Below, one piece after another: positions 51,898 through 55,778 of a DNA stretch of 55,778 nt. The number at the start of each line of letters is the position of its first letter. Positions within the stretch are counted from its first letter, which is position 1. Source of the DNA: Parcubacteria group bacterium (GTDB taxonomy: Bacteria; Patescibacteriota; Minisyncoccia; Moranbacterales; UBA2206); the NCBI GenBank assembly GCA_041659505.1, contig JBAZYF010000005.1:1-55778 (forward strand), read 5' to 3'. Made by a program: the position numbers and the translations under genes. Under the pieces are notes generated by a model. The model saw only the letters and a list, made by a program, of their open reading frames with translations, ran no database searches and was not told the origin of the DNA.

Positions 51898-54765
51898 ATC
51901 ATGAGTATGTTTAAAAAAGTCGATTCAAGGAAAAAGTATTCCGAGATGGAAAAAGAAATTATTGAGTTTTGGAAAGCGGATGGTACTTTTCAAAAATCGG
52001 TGGAACAGCGGAGTAAGGATAAATATTACAGTTTCTATGATGGACCGCCATTTATCACGGGCGTGCCCCACTATGGCACGCTACTTTCTTCGATCGTGAA
52101 AGACGCCGTTCCTCGTTATTGGACGATGAAGGGTTTCCGCGTGGAGAGGCGTTGGGGTTGGGATTGTCATGGGCTGCCGGCGGAGAATATGGTGGAGAAA
52201 AAGTTAGGCCTCAAAAGTAAGAAAGACATTGAAAAAATTGGGGTGGCAAAATTCAATGAAGCCTGCCTGCGAGAAACTTCGCAGATCGCTTCCGAGTGGG
52301 AAGATGTAATTGATCGCATCGGTCGCTGGGTGGAATTCAAAGGCGCCTACAAAACGATGGATAAAGGGTATATGGAATCGGTCTGGTGGGCGTTTTCAGA
52401 ACTTTTCAAAAAAGGCCTCATCTATGAAGATGTGCGCGTATCGCTGTATTGCCCGCGTTGTTCCACGCCACTTTCAAACTTTGAAATCGCGATGGATAAT
52501 TCTTATGAGATGGATAGTGATCCTTCGGTGTATGTGAAGATTAAGGTTAATGGCGAGGAAAATACATATTTCTTGGTGTGGACAACGACTCCTTGGACAC
52601 TTTTGGCCAATGTCGCGCTAGCGGTTGGCGGAGGAATAGATTATGTCAAAGTCAAAACCGCTGAGGGAAATTATATCTTAGCAAAAGAACGAGTGGCGAA
52701 TGTTTTCAAAGAGGGCGAAGTTGAAATTGTTGAAGAGCTTAAGGGTGTGGATTTAGTTGGCAGGGAATACGAACCAATTTTTCCCCACGAAATTGAAAAT
52801 GGCTATCGCGTGATTGCAGGAGATTTCGTGACGACAGAAGACGGATCGGGTATCGTGCATATTGCGCCGGCGTTTGGTGAGGATGACTTTAATGTGAGAA
52901 AACCGAATAATCTGCCGATCATCATGAACGTGGATGAGGAAGGGCAATTCACGGAAGGGGAGTGGCAAGGGCAGAAAGTCTGGGAGGCGAACAACGATAT
53001 TGTGAAATGGCTGAAGGAGAACGGATTTCTTTTCAAACGCGAACAAATCACGCATAGCTATCCGCACTGTCATCGCTGTCACACTAAGTTGATCTACAAA
53101 GCCCAGCCGGCCTGGTATGTGAATGTGGACAAAATCCGTCAGAATCTGCTCGACGAAAATGAAAAAATCAATTGGTATCCGGAATTTTTAAAGCATGGCC
53201 GTTTTCAAAACGGGATCGAAAGCGCCCCGGATTGGAACATCTCACGCGACCGCTATTTCGGCACAGCTATTCCAGTTTGGAAATGCGAAGCGCAGGATTG
53301 TGGAGAAATTAAAGTTGTTGGATCATATGGCGAGCTGAAAGAATTATCAGGAGTAGAGTTGCCAGATTATCACCGGCCGGGCGTCGATGAGATTACTTTC
53401 AAATGCGAGAAATGCGGCGGGGAAATGCGACGGATTCCGCAAGTATTTGATTCTTGGATCGAGTCCGGTTCGATGCCGTTCGCGCAATTTCATTATCCCT
53501 TTGAAAACAAAGAAGTCTTTGAAAAAAGTTTTCCAACTGATTTTATCTCGGAATATATTGCCCAAACTAGAGCATGGTTTTATGTGCTCCACGTCGTTTC
53601 GGTGGGAATTTTCGGGAAAATCAGTTTCAAAAACGTCGTGACGACCGGAACGATTGCCGGATCGGACGGCAAGAAAATGTCGAAATCTCTGGGCAACTAT
53701 CCCGATTCCAATATTATCCTGGAAAAACACAGCGCCGATGCTTTGCGCTTTTATCTCTTGTCTTCGCCGCTGCTTAATGCGCAAAATATTAGTTTTTCAG
53801 AAAAAGCCATTCAGGACATCCAAAGAAAAGTGCTCTCTACTCTTTGGAATAGCTATTCCTTTTTCACGCTCTACGCCGGCGTAGATAAATGGGAGCCAAA
53901 AAATAAACTGGGCACGGTGTCAGACTCCAAAAATCTTTTGGACCGCTGGATCGTTTCTGAACTTCACAAATTGATTGGCGAAGTTGACACGAATATGCAA
54001 GGCTACGACTTGGTCAAAGCCACCCGTCCGTTTGAACTATTCGTGGACAATCTTTCCAATTGGTACATCAGGCGCTCTCGCAAGCGTTTTTGGAAAAGTG
54101 AAAATGATGGCGACAAAAACAGCGCCTATGAAACTTTGCACTATGTGCTCGTGATGCTGGCCAAAACAATGGCACCGTTCACACCGTTCATCGCAGAGGA
54201 GATGTATAAAAATCTAACCGGTGACGAATCGGTGCATCTGGTGGAATTTCCAACCAGTGATGAGAAATTGATTGATGAAAAATTAAATGCCGAGATGAAA
54301 AAAGTGCGTGATGTAATTTCCGAAGGCTTGCAACAACGGGCACTCAATCGAATTAAAGTCCGCCAACCATTGGCTGGGGCGACGATCAAGCACAAAATCG
54401 AAAACGCAGAATTGGTAGAAATTATGCAAGAGGAGTTGAATGTGAAAAGCGTTACAGTCTTGGAAACGCAGGAGGAAAATATTAAACTCGATCTCGAAAT
54501 CACGCCCGAGCTAAAACTCGAAGGCACAGCGCGCGAGCTGGTGCGGGCGATCCAAGAGATGCGAAAAGAGGCAGGCTATGAAGTAGATAATCACATCAAA
54601 ATTGGCTATGTCGGGGCAGAGGAAGTTTTCACAAAATTCGGCGACCTCATCGCCAAAGAAACTTTAGCGAATGCCATTTCCGCTGGTGAGTTGGCCGAGG
54701 CAGACCTCGAAAAAGAAGTTTTGATTGATGAGGTGAAGTATGGTATTTTTATTATGAAGGATTAA
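51892..54765 (+). CDS. ileS: isoleucine--tRNA ligase (type 2 style)
   Basis: FYDGPPFITGVPHYGT (HIGH-type), KMSKSLGN, CP1 editing-domain-sized insert, Zn-type CPRC/CHRCH/CEKCGG motifs. The first ATG (51892) lies inside the repeat, so the real start may be 51901 or 51907. Confidence 0.9.
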   Translation: MTIMSMFKKVDSRKKYSEMEKEIIEFWKADGTFQKSVEQRSKDKYYSFYDGPPFITGVPHYGTLLSSIVKDAVPRYWTMKGFRVERRWGWDCHGLPAENMVEKKLGLKSKKDIEKIGVAKFNEACLRETSQIASEWEDVIDRIGRWVEFKGAYKTMDKGYMESVWWAFSELFKKGLIYEDVRVSLYCPRCSTPLSNFEIAMDNSYEMDSDPSVYVKIKVNGEENTYFLVWTTTPWTLLANVALAVGGGIDYVKVKTAEGNYILAKERVANVFKEGEVEIVEELKGVDLVGREYEPIFPHEIENGYRVIAGDFVTTEDGSGIVHIAPAFGEDDFNVRKPNNLPIIMNVDEEGQFTEGEWQGQKVWEANNDIVKWLKENGFLFKREQITHSYPHCHRCHTKLIYKAQPAWYVNVDKIRQNLLDENEKINWYPEFLKHGRFQNGIESAPDWNISRDRYFGTAIPVWKCEAQDCGEIKVVGSYGELKELSGVELPDYHRPGVDEITFKCEKCGGEMRRIPQVFDSWIESGSMPFAQFHYPFENKEVFEKSFPTDFISEYIAQTRAWFYVLHVVSVGIFGKISFKNVVTTGTIAGSDGKKMSKSLGNYPDSNIILEKHSADALRFYLLSSPLLNAQNISFSEKAIQDIQRKVLSTLWNSYSFFTLYAGVDKWEPKNKLGTVSDSKNLLDRWIVSELHKLIGEVDTNMQGYDLVKATRPFELFVDNLSNWYIRRSRKRFWKSENDGDKNSAYETLHYVLVMLAKTMAPFTPFIAEEMYKNLTGDESVHLVEFPTSDEKLIDEKLNAEMKKVRDVISEGLQQRALNRIKVRQPLAGATIKHKIENAELVEIMQEELNVKSVTVLETQEENIKLDLEITPELKLEGTARELVRAIQEMRKEAGYEVDNHIKIGYVGAEEVFTKFGDLIAKETLANAISAGELAEADLEKEVLIDEVKYGIFIMKD

Positions 54766-54768
54766 AAA

Positions 54769-54922
54769 AATCCTCCTCTCCCCTCGGGAGAGGATGCCCG
54801 TAGGGCAGGTGAGGGTTTTTACCTATGCAGATAAGACTAGCAGTTGAATCGAGGCACTATGGTTATGGGCAGCACCCTCATCCGTCCTTCGGCTACCTTC
54901 TCCCGGAGGGCGAAGGGGATAT
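54769..54922. repeat. family B MITE-like element, copy 2
   Basis: TCCTCCTCTCCCCTCGGGAGAGGATGCCCGTAGGGCAGGTGAGGG ... CCCTCATCCGTCCTTCGGCTACCTTCTCCCGGAGGGCGAAGGGGATAT. Confidence 0.75.
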
Positions 54923-54943
54923 TAATAAGGTTTTGCTTAACTT

Positions 54944-55498
54944 ATGCTTGAATTTCAAAAAACAAAAATCGAAGGAGTGTTTTTGATTAAGCCTCAGGTG
55001 ATCGGTGATCATCGCGGGTTCTTTTTGGAAGCTTATCGTGAAGAAGAATTTTTGGCGGCGGGGATCGATGTGAAATTTATCCAAGACAATCATTCTTTTT
55101 CCACGGAAAAAGGCGTGCTGCGCGGATTGCATTTTCAAAAGCCGCCTTTTACGCAAGCGAAATTTGTCCGGGTGATCAAGGGTCGGGTGGTCGATGTGGT
55201 TGTCGATCTGCGCAAATTCTCTCCAACGTTTGGTCAGTGGGAAAGTTTTGAACTTTCTGAAGATAACTTTCAGATGTTGTTCGTTCCGCATGGGATGGCG
55301 CACGGATTTTGTTTGGTAACGGAAAATACCCATTTTGTCTATAAGGTGGACAACTACTATCACGCCGAGAGCGACGGGGGAATCCTTTGGAATGACCCGG
55401 ACTTAGACATTACTTGGCCAGTCGAAAAACCGATCATTTCAGAAAAAGATCAAAGACTGCCCACTTGGAAAGAGTTTTTGAAAGAGAATCCGTTTTGA
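54944..55498 (+). CDS. rfbC: dTDP-4-dehydrorhamnose 3,5-epimerase
   Basis: IEGVFLIKPQVIGDHRGFFLE, GLHFQ, LFVPHGMAHGF, YYHAESDGGILWNDP. Confidence 0.9.
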   Translation: MLEFQKTKIEGVFLIKPQVIGDHRGFFLEAYREEEFLAAGIDVKFIQDNHSFSTEKGVLRGLHFQKPPFTQAKFVRVIKGRVVDVVVDLRKFSPTFGQWESFELSEDNFQMLFVPHGMAHGFCLVTENTHFVYKVDNYYHAESDGGILWNDPDLDITWPVEKPIISEKDQRLPTWKEFLKENPF

Positions 55499-55515
55499 AA
55501 TTAAAAATAAATCTT

Positions 55516-55778
55516 ATGAAAATACTTGTCACCGGCGGAGCCGGTTTTATCGGCTCGAACTTTATCCACTATTGGACAAAAAAATATCCAGCTGACCAAA
55601 TTGTTAATTTGGATAAATTGACCTACGCGGGGAATCTATCTAATTTATGCTCAGTGGAAAAAAATCCACACTATAAATTTATCCAGGGGGACATTGCGGA
55701 TGAAAAATTGGTGGAGGAGTTATTTGCGACGGAAAAATTTGATTTGGTTGTGCATTTTGCGGCGGAAAGTCATGTCGA
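55516..55778 (+). CDS. rfbB: dTDP-glucose 4,6-dehydratase (N-terminal fragment; continues beyond the window)
   Basis: MKILVTGGAGFIGSNF, NLDKLTYAGN, VVHFAAESHV. Confidence 0.88.
   Translation, partial: MKILVTGGAGFIGSNFIHYWTKKYPADQIVNLDKLTYAGNLSNLCSVEKNPHYKFIQGDIADEKLVEELFATEKFDLVVHFAAESHV

Noticed and set aside
1-55778. Alternative genetic code (UGA as Gly, as in some CPR lineages).
   Set aside because: All conserved genes are full length with TGA, TAA and TAG acting as stops (for example TGA ends the small subunit and array member 2). No conserved ORF is interrupted by TGA.

Overview
AT-rich (by eye) bacterial fragment read with the standard code: every conserved gene is intact without TGA recoding. 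Genes are tightly packed and mostly on the + strand. The style suggests a Candidate Phyla Radiation/Patescibacteria-like genome (inference only): compact housekeeping genes, a 23S-IVS-type four-helix-bundle gene, many hairpin-ended MITE-like inserts, large Cys-rich secreted proteins and a cytosolic [NiFe] hydrogenase. Housekeeping genes recognised: argS, galT, tpiA, fba, gap, murD, dnaE (- strand), rnhB, ileS (with a T-box leader), rfbC, rfbB (partial), two glycosyltransferases, a rhodanese and tRNA-Ile(GAT)+tRNA-Ala(TGC). The core of the window (about 9.1-32.9 kb) is a group-3-type [NiFe] hydrogenase locus: NuoE-like, NuoF-like and HoxU-like subunits, small and large subunits, hypC/D/E, a truncated hypF, a Zn-less hypA-like gene and desulfoferrodoxin. 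Unrelated inserts break this locus apart. Four things look unusual. (1) A recurring three-family surface-protein cassette (Cys-rich A, Cys-rich B, small membrane-anchored S) occurs at three loci, one of them inside the hydrogenase operon. (2) A membrane-anchored metzincin is translationally coupled to the hydrogenase small subunit. Four tandem beta-helix paralogs follow it, and these plus a fifth distant protein all end in the same tail, D[TI][TS]PPxxPxGL[NS]V-COOH; the array junctions are conserved and carry the palindrome GTTACGTAAC. (3) There are four families of hairpin/inverted-repeat elements. One copy sits in frame inside hypF, and one family has a conserved core and covarying stems directly upstream of two sugar-metabolism genes. 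(4) A four-helix-bundle gene between hypD and hypE is flanked by mirrored 4x ATTGTT / 4x AACAAT arrays with exact 8-nt spacing. No CRISPR array, rRNA, transposase, integrase or recognisable defence genes were seen.
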